Positions 10,266-22,432 of a stretch of 64,000 bases of DNA are shown here, piece by piece. The DNA is taken from positions 347,262,001 to 347,326,000 of the forward strand of contig OZ024743.1 in the NCBI GenBank assembly GCA_964016885.1, in the 5' to 3' direction. Each line of letters starts with the position of its first letter. Position 1 is the stretch's first letter. The DNA is from Eledone cirrhosa (lineage: Eukaryota). The notes beneath the pieces were generated by a model. It worked only from the letters and a program-made list of their open reading frames with translations, was not told the DNA's origin and did not search any database. The translations under genes and the position numbers were made by a program.

Positions 10266-13200
10266 CATTGAAAAATAAACAATGAAAAATAATTGAAAAA
10301 TAAGGGGTGCTATCAGTCACGGTTGGGCGGGGTGCTGTCAACATATAGTTACATACAAGCATACACATGGATAAGAGAACAGACAAGAATAGATAAGATA
10401 GATAGGATTAGGTAAGAGTAGATAAAAAATAGGTGAAAAATAGGTAAAAAATAGACTTATAATATATATAAGAAAATATAAAAAAACATACATATAGAAT
10501 ATAAAATATACAGATAATAGTGATACAGGGTAAGGAATGAAATAAAATAGAATAAAATAATATAAAATTAAAATTAAAATTATATAGAATAGAATATAAT
10601 ATAATATAATAATAAAATAAGATAAAATAAAATAGAATAAAATAAACTAAAATAAAATAAAATAAACTAAAATAAAATAATATAATATAAGATATAATTA
10701 AATAAATAAAATTAAATAAATAAAATTAAATAAAATGAAATGAAATAAAATCAAATCAAATAAAATAAAGTAAATTGAGATAAGATATATATTTTTTTAG
10801 AATATATTTCTTGAATATATCAGGGGCCCACGAAGGCACTAAGTGTCACAGTTATCAGTATCACTTGACCATTGCAATGCAATGGAGACGTCCCAGGTTG
10901 GGCAGTCTCAAAAGTTCACTCAAAAGTCACGGGTGTGCATTCACACAGTTGAGCGGTGGGGTAATCACAAACCGGTTCACACCCGGGCAGGAGTCCAATG
11001 GTCAACAGAGGTACATCGAAGGAAGGTAGGAGAATTCACGTGCAGCAGCAAGAGGCAGACAGGTGGGCCGAAAGCAAGCAGGTGCAGGCGGGCTAGCCGA
11101 AAGCAAGCAGACACAGTTGGGTCAGGTGGGTTAATATGCATACTCAACAGCGCATACAAAAGATATATAAAAAATAAAAGATATATAAAAAATAGCTTCA
11201 AGAGCCAATATCATGAAGTCACCGCATTGGGACATCTCAAGATTATACACACCAATATGTTCAGCACGTATATGCACATATACACACCACATGCATATGC
11301 AGAGACGGTATACATATATATATATATTTTTATATACAGACATATACAACCACCTACACCCATACACATATAAATGTATACACAGACACACACGCACACA
11401 CACACAGCGTAGGACACCCGGGTCAAAGCTGATATTAAACACAGAGATACCACATTAGGCAAGACCCACCACCACGGATAATACATTCAAAATAAATACA
11501 TACGATGAGATGCAGTAAAATAAATCAAATTGAAATCCTACGGAGATAATCATGTCCGCACGTGCCATTGCCCGATGCAAGTGTACACAGACCGTTAGTA
11601 ACTACGGAGGGCTATCGGGGCCAAAACGTTACTTTCGGGATAATAACAACGACCGTCAATATATGGAAGGCCAATCGTGCTAGAAAGACTACAACCCCGG
11701 GCAAGAGCTCCCAGAAGTCAGCCTGTAGATCTTAAACCACAGAATAGGAGGGCAACACGTACATGTGCCACGTATCTACTGCTTACGGCGAGATGGCGCA
11801 GGTCCGCCCACAGTTACAGGCTAAATTTCTATTTGTGCAGCCTATATCACAGTACACGCTCTACATAGATACATTACATCATAACTCATGCGCATACAGA
11901 GGTACAGATCGGGATAGACCCACCAATGCACCAATGGTGGGTAGGCGAACGTGGATGGGTTACATCCGCTGTGCCAAACAGGGGTGCTTATTAACATACA
12001 CACCCACTCACCTGTACACCGCAATATCCAGATCAATATTCTCCCGCAGGCATACGTATACACTCACTGACTCATATACATAGAAGACAAACAATAGGAG
12101 ACAGTTACACACAATAAGAGACAGTTACACAAGATAGCCCAACTGGAGAATTAAGGAAGTGCTAGCTAATAGGTTTAAAGTAGAAGAAAGAGCTTAATAT
12201 TCGGTGGGGGCAAGAGGAAAATATTTCTGACTTTCTGTTTAGTAGAGGGCATTTAGCAAATATAATAGAGTGGGATTCGGTAAGGCATAGGTTACATACT
12301 CTATTATGAGGAGTATATGGATGGGATTTAGCAACCTGCCGCCAAGTAAGTGTGTAATGTGTTCGTGCATTTTTTAAATTGTGGACGTACGCTGCCAAGG
12401 AGGTGGAGTTCCTCAGTTTATTGTGTCTAAAAGTGCACTGGTGAGAGTTAAACCTGGTCTTAAAGGGGGTGGAGGTTGATCCTATATAGGTTTTAGTGGA
12501 CGGGGTAGTTACCACATCACACGCGTAAACTATGTTTCTAATAAGGCAGAAACCATCAGGGGGCAGCCTGAAGCCCTTCTACAGTTACAATTTCTGGTGA
12601 TGCTATTCTCAGAATGATCACCACTTGTGTTCCGGCCCCCTCTGTCCACTACCGTGTTTTCCCCTAGGCTTAGGTTGTCCAGGCCTTCCTTTATTTTCCT
12701 ATTATTAGTAATGGCCAGATGAGAGGCCAGATTTTGGGTTGTAGAATACGAAAGTTTAACAACATTCTTATTGAGGATAGAGTGGTACCTATTACCAGGA
12801 GGGAAGTTCCTTTCTAACACAGAGAAGAAGGCCCTAGGAATATTTATAGCCACTTCAGAGTTAAAAGGGGGGTTGAAGTATGTATTCAATCTTCTTCTAT
12901 TCTTTTTATTCTTTTTATTTCCATCACTATTATTAGCATTATTATTTCTACGGTTACTATACTCACCTAGTTTATGCGGGGAGCTGCGAGGCCTACCATT
13001 GCTATTACTTAGACTAATGGTGCCCTGCTGGTTCATTCCACCGGCATTTAGAACCCTCCCATTCGCGACACCTCTATTACCAATGGACATATTATGTGTT
13101 ATAACAACACTGGTAGAGCTACTATTAGGACTATTATTTCCCCGGGTATAATACAATTTGTCCCTAAAGCCGGATCTAGCTAAGGCATCATTATAGTAAT

Positions 13201-14306
13201 CAGCCTGCGAGTCAAACGCCGCTTCACTATGTGAGAGTGAACTTATTCTGTTAGATACGCCCTTCAGTATACCGCTGATGACCGACCTAGGGTGGTTAGA
13301 GTTGGTATTCACGTAAGTCAGCAATTCATTACGCTTATGGTACGGTGTGTACGTATGGTTATCCAAGTCCAATGTAACATCCAGGAAGTTCACAGTTCTA
13401 TCATTTATATCCATAGTAATGGATAGGTTAAAGGTTTTAAAAAAGCTATGCAGCTTTTTCCTAATGCGCACTATATTATACTTACTAGTATCTATGGAGA
13501 GTAGGGCGTCATCCCGGTACAACCCGCCCCTAAGGAATGGGAAGTTACTATGCAGTTCATTGAGGAGGTATAGCCCAACTAAGTCGGTGACCTGAGCAGA
13601 ATCACTCGACCCCATAGTAATGTCAAAATTATCAGGTGTGTTTTTTCTCGTCCATAGATTATCCTCAAACATGATAATGGTTTTACGTGCAGCGAGAACA
13701 ATATCTATCTGTGGCCTTGTAATTGCCCCCCTCTGCATGGCTAGGATAAGGGCCTTATTGAGGATAATAGGAGATATAGATGTATAATAAGCATCAATAT
13801 CAAATTGGATGAATCTGAGTGAGTCACGACCACAATCCGTAGAGAACCACCTAATGACTTCACTAGTGTTACCCCAAAGCTCAAGGAAAGTTTTTTCTCT
13901 AACCAGGGGAATAACGCTATCCAAGATTCCCTTACTAATAATCCCCAGGTCAGACTTGGAGGGGCAGATAAGCCTAACTGCGGGTCTGCTAATAACATTT
14001 TCCTTGTGGTCCTTGAGGGTGAATCTAGGCTGCTTGGGGTAATAAGGCTGAGTGTGTTTATCCAGACCTAATTTTACCACTATGTTATACCCCTCCAGAT
14101 TAATATTATCTAAATTACTCTGCGTTGTTTTTTTGTAGTTCCTATGTAGTTCATTATAGATGAAGCCGCGATAGGTTTTATAATACATATAGAGAGAGAG
14201 TGTGTGTGTGTGTGATAGAGAGAGAGTGTGTGTGTGTGATAGAGAGAGAGATAGTGTTTGTGCGTTTGTGTGTGTGTGTGATAGAGAGAGAGAGTGTGTG
14301 TGTGTG

Positions 14307-14396
<90 letters not shown>

Positions 14397-14534
14397 ATAG
14401 AGAGGGAGAGAGTGTGTGTGCGTGTGTGTGTGTTTGTGTGTGTGTGTGTGATAGAGAGAGAGAGTGTGTGTGTGTTTGTGTGTGTGTGATAGAGAGAGAG
14501 AGAGAGAGAGAGTGTGTGTGTGTGTGTGTGTGAG

Positions 14535-14820
14535 TGTAGTTTAGGGGTTAAGGTGTTGAGTTCGTGATCGTAAAGTCGTTCCAGGACCGGGCAGCGTAGT
14601 GTGTCCTTGAGCAAGAAACTTTATTTCACGTTGTTCCAGTCCACCTAGCTGAAAAAAAAGTTGTACTGTACATGTAATTCAATAACATAGTCATGCCACA
14701 CACGGTGTCAAGCTGAATCTCCCTGAGAATTAAGTTATTTTGCATGCGTCTGTGGAATGCTCAGCCACTTGCACGTTAATTTAACGAGCAGACTATTCTG
14801 TTGTTCAATCTATTAGAACA
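14535..14820 (+). mobile_element. tRNA-derived SINE (second family), decayed
   Basis: GTGTCCTTGAGCAAGAAACTTTATTTCACGTTG core is shared with 62474-62755. Confidence 0.65.
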
Positions 14821-15354
14821 CTCACACACACTAAGATACACCTTATTAAGATGTGTGTATGCTACATACAGTGTATGCTACATACAGTGTATGCTACACA
14901 CAGTGTATATATATATTTGTGTGTATGTGTGTGTGTGTGTGTGTATGTATATATGTATATGTATGTGTGTGTATGTGTAAATGTGTGTATTGCTTACCAC
15001 GTGTATTTGTTTATTTATTTGTGTCCTTTCCCATATCGCTGTCAACTTTATAATAATTTTTATTTTCTTAAGTCGTATATTTTTATTTTTATTTTTATTT
15101 TTATTTTTATTTTTATTTTTATTTTTATTTTTATGTGACGGCCTATTGCATTATATGGTTGGTCATTGTTTTTTATTTTTTCTTATAATTAATTGTGTGT
15201 GTGCGTATGTAGGTGTGTGTACATATATCTATATATGTGTGTGCGTATGTATGCGTGTATATATGTGTGTATGTATATGTGTGTGTATGTACGTGTGTAT
15301 ATATGTATGATTATGTGTGTGTGTTTGTGTATTTATGTGTATGTGTATGTATGG

Positions 15355-15386
<32 letters not shown>

Positions 15387-15410
15387 GTGTATATATATAT
15401 ATATATGGAT

Positions 15411-15461
<51 letters not shown>

Positions 15462-15465
15462 CATG

Positions 15466-15496
<31 letters not shown>

Positions 15497-15648
15497 ATGT
15501 ATATGTGTGTGTGCGTGTGTGTGTGCATGTGTGTTTATCTACTTATATATTTATTCTTTTTCCTTTCCTCCTTCCTTTTCCAGCCTCACTTTCATATAGA
15601 TTATATTTCTGTTTTTAAAATCCACTGTCAATAAATACACCAGGATTG

Positions 15649-15709
15649 TTTCATTCTGATGACTGAAAGCAAATGTTGTTTGCTTTCAAGAAACCACCGG
15701 TAAATGAAA
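15649..15709 (+). ncRNA. Well-formed type I hammerhead ribozyme
   Basis: TTTCATT-CTGATGA-C-TGAAAGCAAA-TGTTG-TTTGCTTTCA-A-GAAAC-C-ACC-G-GTA-AATGAAA: 7-bp stem I, 10-bp stem II, 3-bp stem III, GUA cleavage after 15702. Confidence 0.9.
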
Positions 15710-15829
15710 TAATTATCTTATGTTGTTTATTACATAACTATATATATATATATATATGAATATATATATATTTATATATATAAAAACGTTGCTAAACCAA
15801 GAGATTTTGGGGCTGGGGCAGGTATTATT

Positions 15830-15970
15830 AAGCATAGGTACGTCCCTTTACAGTCTGAGTTCAAATCCCGCTAAGGTTAAGTTTTTCTTTCATCCTTACG
15901 GGGTCGATAAAATAAAGTACCAGTAATGTACTGGGTAATTCCTGGCCTTGTACCTAAAGTAGAAACAATT
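15830..15970 (+). mobile_element. tRNA-derived SINE (octopus OK-like family)
   Basis: B-box-like GAGTTCAAATCCCG plus core TTTCATCCTTACGGGGTCGATAAAATAAAGTACCAGT. Confidence 0.8.
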
Positions 15971-16284
15971 ATTAGTAGTGTCTAAGGTGCTGTTGATGAT
16001 GTGGGTAAGATATTTCATTGAATATATTTAAACACTACCAAGAGTAAGTAATTCTATACACTACGTTAAACTATGAGAAAAAACATTGTCTGATTTTAGT
16101 TTTCTGCTTGATAGAGATATCTCTGCTGTTTATTATAGTTCAACCCTATTACTTCTTCAATCTAATTCTTCTATCTCTCTATCTGTCTGTCTGTTTATTT
16201 GTCTATCTATCTGATCATCTTTCTATTTATGTATATAGGTATCTATATATTTGCTTATTTCGCTCTATCTCCCTTTCTATCATT

Positions 16285-16500
16285 GGTGGATTGGCAGTAT
16301 TGGTAGACAGTCGGACGGCATGTTTGCAACATAGAGTTACGGCCATTTATGATCTGAGTTCAAATCCCGCCGAGTTTAACTATGCCTTTCATCCTTATGG
16401 GGTCGATAACATACAGTACCAGTCACGCACTGGGGTCGATTTAATCAATCTTCGCCTCCCTCCAACATTTCTGGCCTTGTGCCTATATAAGAAACCATTA
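16285..16500 (+). mobile_element. tRNA-derived SINE (OK-like)
   Basis: TTGGCAGTATTGGTAG head, GAGTTCAAATCCCGCC, GCCTTTCATCCTTATGGGGTCGAT core. Confidence 0.85.
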
Positions 16501-16795
16501 TATATCTATCTCTCTCTATATATATATATTTAGAAAGATTGAGAGAGTGAGAGAGAGAGAGGGGGGAGCGAGAGAGAGAGGGAGAGGGAGTGCGTGCAGA
16601 TGACAGTTTGAAGACTAAATAAAACAGGATATACAAAAACATCATCTGGACACAAAAACGGATTTCTTCAATATAAAATGGCTAAATATTCTTATATATA
16701 TATATTTTTTTAAAACCAAATGTATATCATTCGGGTACGGACGTAGGATGTATGTATGTCTGTACGTCAATATGTTCTTATATTATATATATATA

Positions 16796-17219
16796 TAAAA
16801 TAAATTAAAATAAATAAGTCAAATATTTAAAATTCGGCTTCGTTTATATATATATATATATTTCGTTGACAGCCATCTTTGGCTGTGACCTCTTCAGGCA
16901 GTCCGAATTAGTGTGGTAGAGACGAGTACACATGTTGTTGAGGTGTTTAACTTTGTCAATACTCTGAAATGCCCAGTTCCTGGTTGGGTTGTTGTTTCTA
17001 TGAGGAACCGGAATCATAGAAACAACAACCCAACCAAGAACTGGGCATATCAGAGTATTGACAAAGTTAAACACCTCAACAACATGTGTACTCGTCTCTA
17101 CCACACTAATTCGGACTGCCTGAAGAGGTCACAGCCAAAGATGGCTGTCAACGAAATATATATATATATAAACGAATCCAAATTTTAAATATTTGACTTA
17201 TTTATTTTAATTTATTTTA
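16796..17219. repeat. Long near-perfect inverted repeat (about 205-bp arms, 10-nt loop 17004-17013) with a hammerhead core in each arm
   Basis: Arms are reverse complements with few mismatches. The right arm contains CTGAAGA-GGTCACAGCCA-AAGA-TGGCTGTCAAC-GAAATATA (17120-17160). Confidence 0.95.
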
Positions 17220-17389
17220 CATTATTTCGGAGTAACCAAACCAACTTGCGCACTTCGTCGAGTGCTCCAATCTGCATACTTAGGTGTCGGTAAACAACCA
17301 ACATATACTCAAAATTTATATATATATATATAGGAAAATGTATGACCCCGAGGCCAGAGCTCAAGCCGTTTCGACGCTATTTCTGGACG

Positions 17390-17437
<48 letters not shown>

Positions 17438-17624
17438 ATGTATTAATTATATGATATATAACCCCACGCTCTCCTTATCAATATTCCCTTCTCAATTATA
17501 CAATCCCTCCATTTATCTGTACCTTCTTTACTATGTTCTTCATAAATTCTATTACTCTCCCCCTCTTACCTATTCTTATTCTCTTATTCCATTTGGCCAT
17601 CTTTCCCCCGTAACTATTTCTTTC

Positions 17625-17820
17625 AGCGGTATCAGCAGTATCGGTAGTTCGTCAGACACCATGCTTAGCAGCATAGAGTTATGGGCCTTTACATTCTGAG
17701 GTCAAATCCCGCAGAGGTTAACTTTGATTTTCATTTGTCATCCTTATGGGGTCGATAAAATAAAGCAGCAGTAATCCAATGGAGTAATTGCTGGCCTTGT
17801 GCCAAAAGTAGAAAACATTA
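17625..17820 (+). mobile_element. tRNA-derived SINE (OK-like)
   Basis: Same head and GGGGTCGATAAAATAAAG core as the other copies. Confidence 0.8.
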
Positions 17821-17929
17821 TTTATGTCACTATAGAATTCCAACTGTCTCTCTATTCCCTTCTTCTTCACACCTCTCTCTCTCTCCCTCCCTCACATATA
17901 TACAGACATACACAGACTTACTATTGTTC

Positions 17930-18190
17930 CAACTGTTTGATTAGCAGAAGAACTTGTTAGTAAATTCAACATTCAAGTGACTGAGCATTCCATTGTCACA
18001 TGCCCCCTTAACGTAATTCCCATGAAAATTTAGCAATATATAGTTCGTGACAAGGTACAACTCATTTTCTCCAGCTGAGCGGACTGGAGTAAAAGGAAAG
18101 ATATATAGCTCAAGCATACAGCACAATACCCGGTTCAAGAACTCCCAACATCGATCACGAGCCTAAAAACCTAGCTACTAAGCCACGCAT
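17930..18190 (-). mobile_element. tRNA-derived SINE (second family), decayed
   Basis: Minus strand reads GCGTGGCTTAGTAG...GTGCTGTATGCTTGAGC...TCCAGTCCGCTCAGCTGGAGAAAATGAGT, similar to 14535-14820 and 62474-62755. Confidence 0.6.
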
Positions 18191-18525
18191 CTATCTCTAC
18201 CTCTCTGTCTTTCTCATAAACACACACACACGCAGAATCTCTCTTTTCCCCCAATAGTTTTACGTCCTCATCCTCTCTACCATCTATGTTCCCTTACTAT
18301 AAGGGTCATTGATGTTTAACTTACTCCGTCTATCAAGACGTCCATTGCGTCTTATTCCTGCTTTACTCCTTCACAGACATACTGTCTACTTCCTCATCTA
18401 AGACAAACGCTTTCTTATATAGAGAGGGAGAGAGATAAAATAGAGAGTCTCTTTCTTGTCCTCTCTCTCTCTCTCTTACCATAATTATATGTATATATAT
18501 ATATATTTATATAAATATATATTCA

Positions 18526-18631
<106 letters not shown>

Positions 18632-19303
18632 TATATATATATATATATTAATATATACATATAAATACATACTTACATACACAAATTCACACACACATAC
18701 ACACACACATATATATATATATATGTGTGTGTATATATATATCCTTACATCATATTCATTTAAGCATTTTCATCACTACTTTCTACATTTATACATTTTC
18801 TCCTTTCCACCTCGCTCACTCACGGCATTCATTGATTTATCGGTCCAGTTTTACGTCCAGAGGCTGGAAGACAAATACAATGTACAAACATTCTCCAGTT
18901 GAGATGACACTATTTCTATTTGCTGATCATCCTAGCTTTTCCGCTCAAACTTATAAACTATATTGCAAGTGAATTAGAGATTCTTTTTCTACCATTTCTC
19001 ACGTCCATTTGCTTGAAGATTTGCTCGAAATCCCCCACACTTTGGAAAAGGAAGTCATAGCTACAGCAATGGCAATGACAGCCAACTATTGCACTCCTAT
19101 TTAAACTATATCCCTCTCCACAACACTGTCTCACCTTGTTTCTATCTGTCTATCAAACTCCTTCCTTTCTTTCACTGCCTCTCTACCTCAATTTATCTCC
19201 TCCACTTCATTCGCTCTGTTCCCTTCGCCTTCTCTCTCTTCAGATCTCCCTCATTCTCCCCCCCCCCTATCTCAGTCACTCTCTCTCTATCTCTCTCTCA
19301 CTC

Positions 19304-19413
<110 letters not shown>

Positions 19414-19456
19414 TATACATATATATGTGTGTGTGTGGAATTGTGTGTCTGTGTGA

Positions 19457-19501
<45 letters not shown>

Positions 19502-20379
19502 CATATATGTATGTTTGTCTATTTCTGTACTTACCTCTGTCATTCTATTTGATTTTTGCTGTCTCTAATATATATGTATATACTACATACGCATATAAGG
19601 ATGTGAGTATGTATGTGTATTTGTGTGTATGTATGTGTGTGTGTGTGTTTGTGTGTGGATTGTTACGTACACACATATTCAACTACATATACATCTTCAG
19701 ATTCTGTCTTTCATTCTCTCACTCTCACAAACTCCCTTCCTCTCTCTATGGCTTTCTTTCTATCTCTTTAAATATAACCCCTCTCTGCAGTACAGTATAC
19801 TGTCACCTTCATCTTCACATTTATATTAACACAGACACGCGTATTTTGACTCACTTCTCGTTTATTCACACTTCATGAGAGATAACAAGTAAATATAGTG
19901 AGTGTAAAAGTACGAATGAGAGAGAACCGGTTGGAGAAAGAGAGAGAAACAGATAAAAATAGATAAAAACAAGAAGAGAGATGGGCGAAGAAGGGGAGAA
20001 TGTTCTACAAGGTAGATTTAGCTTGTAAATGGGAGAGAGTGAGTGAGTTAAGGGAGAAAGAGTGATAGTCATAGACCAGAACAAAGAGTTATCTACTACA
20101 AGTTAATATTATAACAGATATTGTAAATGTAAGAGAAAGGGGGAGTGGGAGAGAGGATGGTGAATGAGATTTGGAGTGTATGGATCTACGTTTCTGTATG
20201 TGAGTGTTGTGGTGGTGTTGTTGACCGAGAGAAATATTACGAGACGATTTCGGGTTCCGCAATCGTTCAATTAAAAATTGAGGTTTTCTGTTATTCCGAC
20301 TACAACACATATATCTAATTCCATATTTCATTCACATAAAAGTGAAGATAAACGGGGAAAGTGTTAAATGATTGGGATT

Positions 20380-20575
20380 AAGTTGGGCACAAAGCTAGCT
20401 ATATGGGAAAATAAGAAGGTCGATTATATCGATCTTAGTATTTAACTATTACTTTATTTTATCGACTGCTGAAGTATGAAAGGCAACGTTGTCCTCGGTG
20501 GAATTTGAACTCAATACGTTGAAAGTCGTAAGTTAATAACGCAAAATATTTTGTCCGACAATCTCCTGACACTGC
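20380..20575 (-). mobile_element. tRNA-derived SINE (OK-like), decayed
   Basis: Plus strand TACTTTATTTTATCGAC...ATGAAAGGCAA...GGAATTTGAACTCA is the reverse complement of the family core. Confidence 0.75.
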
Positions 20576-20599
20576 CTATACCACGTCCTTCTCTATAAT

Positions 20600-21235
20600 A
20601 ACAACATTTCTTTACCCCAAGGATATATTACAACGACAAGTTAGAACAAGACAGTGGAAGTTTACAATAGAAATGAGGAAAAATAGTGTACAAATATAAA
20701 TAGCATACAAATAACAAATACGTTGTATATTATTAAATAAGACATTGAGTCATCATGATGCAGAGAACTGAATACCTAAATCTAATTAAGGAACCCCACA
20801 GATTCATAATGACCTTGATTACCAAAGGCAAGTGCTATCTCCCAACTTTCAATCACATATTGAGAGTAGCCTTAGCCACTGTTGCCATTTCCCTCCTTTC
20901 ACTCACCATTTGGTAAATTTACTGAAAGAAGGTATCATCTCTTTCGGAGTGAGATTTGAAAACGTCGGTGATAGCTTGACTCAAGATTATTGTGTCTGAC
21001 TTTCAACCTTTCCACCACAAAACTAATTTTGTCAAAGACACCAGATATAATAAAAGCTGTTCACCATTCCTTGATAATGGAGCGCGACAAGGTAATTTTC
21101 ACGATGAAAACAATCCATATCCTGAGCCTTCCTACAGTGGACAACCGCTTTTCAATACAACTCCACAATTCAGAAATAAGCCGGCATTGAACGAGTACAT
21201 GCACATGAGATTGGTCACTCTTCGTGCATCTGCAA
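20600..21235 (-). mobile_element. Old Tx1-type LINE 3' fragment
   Basis: Minus-strand translation CRCTKSDQSHVHVLVQCRLISELWSCIEKRLS matches the zinc-finger region of the Tx1 ORF2 in this window. Confidence 0.65.
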
Positions 21236-21239
21236 TAAT

Positions 21240-21445
21240 AAGGCTTTCTTATTTAGGCACAAGGGCAACATTTGTTTCAAAAAGGGGAAGTCAATTAAAT
21301 CGACGCCAGTGCGTTGCTGGTTCTTTATTTTATCGACCATGGAAGGGTTAAAGTCTAAGCTAACCTCAGCGGGATTTGAACTCAGAATGTAAAGGGCCGT
21401 AAGTATATGGCGCAAAGATTAATGTCTGACAAACTAACGATACTG
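21240..21445 (-). mobile_element. tRNA-derived SINE (OK-like)
   Basis: Reverse complement of the family core (TTTATTTTATCGACC...GCGGGATTTGAACTCAGA). Confidence 0.8.
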
Positions 21446-21519
21446 TCATAATGTCTCAGAAAGTGTCTTTAATGATAGAGATTATATACAATGAACCACA
21501 TCGTGTCTATGATATATTT

Positions 21520-21710
21520 TATTGGATTGGTAGTATCTGTAGAAGGTCGGACGCCATGCTTTGACGTATAGAGTTACAGCCCTTTCTATTCTGAGTTCAA
21601 ATCCCGCTGAGGTTAACTTTGCCTTCAATCCTTACGGGGTTGATAAAATAAAGTACCAGTAATGCACTAGGTAATTTCTGGCCTTCTGCCAAACATAGAA
21701 ACAATTATTA
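21520..21710 (+). mobile_element. tRNA-derived SINE (OK-like)
   Basis: GTCGGACGCCATGCTT...GAGTTCAAATCCCGC...CCTTACGGGGTTGATAAAATAAAGTACCAGT. Confidence 0.85.
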
Positions 21711-22192
21711 TCGTCAACATTGCCATCGTTGTCGTAGTGGATGTGGTTCCTGTTGTTATTGTATGTTTTGTTGTTATATTACTACTTTTATTTATTGGTT
21801 TCGCAATAGATATGAACACTCCTCGATCTTATACTGCCTTATGTCTCTGAACAAGGACCGTCGACATGGTGTACATTCCCGATTACATGTACAGTGCCCA
21901 ACAAGTCAATTCTCGAAGTCTATATATATAGGGAAACACGTTAATAAACCGCACGTGATATAACACTGAATGGGAACAGCATGTGCAATTTCTATCTTTC
22001 ATTTAATTTTATACATGCGAACTCGTGTACACGTAAGAGATCTCTGGGGAGTTCGTAACAATTGCATAACTGTTACCATCGAAATATGTATCACAGCAAT
22101 TGCGTAACAAATAAGTGAGGAGAAATCTAACGCACTGATTGCTACTTCATTGTTATATATATATAATAAAATATATATATATAAAATATATA

Positions 22193-22245
<53 letters not shown>

Positions 22246-22369
22246 ATAAAATATACTTGATCACACGAATGTCTATTTTTGTTAATATTTTGAATTAATA
22301 TATATATATATATATATATATATTAATTCAAAATATTAACAAAAATAGACATTCGTGTGATCAAGTATA

Positions 22370-22432
22370 TTTTATTATACATATTTCAGAGGTACTGAGC
22401 TATCTTCAACAGTACGTCCTTATCAGATAAAA
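22370..22432 (-). ncRNA. Hammerhead motif, core-mutated (CTGATAA)
   Basis: Reverse complement of 24458-24520 apart from G8 to A. Confidence 0.7.

Larger units (their letters stand above)
9862..14190 (-). mobile_element. 5'-truncated Penelope-like retroelement with long 3' UTR (Hydra-clade-like)
   Basis: RT motifs LKDHK, RLICPSK, QFDIDAYYTSI, GLYRDDAL, NFLDVTLDL, SNHP, YFNPPF; linker CNCR..CPL; GIY-YIG ORF 12162-12515 (YIG, CNLCLTE, LNRKSE, CPH). One frameshift lies in a G-run near 12560. The UTR ends with an HHR and (TA)n. Confidence 0.93.

Noticed and set aside
6840-14190. Naiad-type selenoprotein Penelope elements
   Set aside because: The endonuclease is C-terminal, and I saw no in-frame TGA at conserved cysteines; the disruptions are ordinary stops and frameshifts.
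14190-14614. N-terminal extension of the 694-aa ORF
   Set aside because: It reads through (CA)/(CT) repeats and an adjacent SINE; the element is 5'-truncated near 14190.
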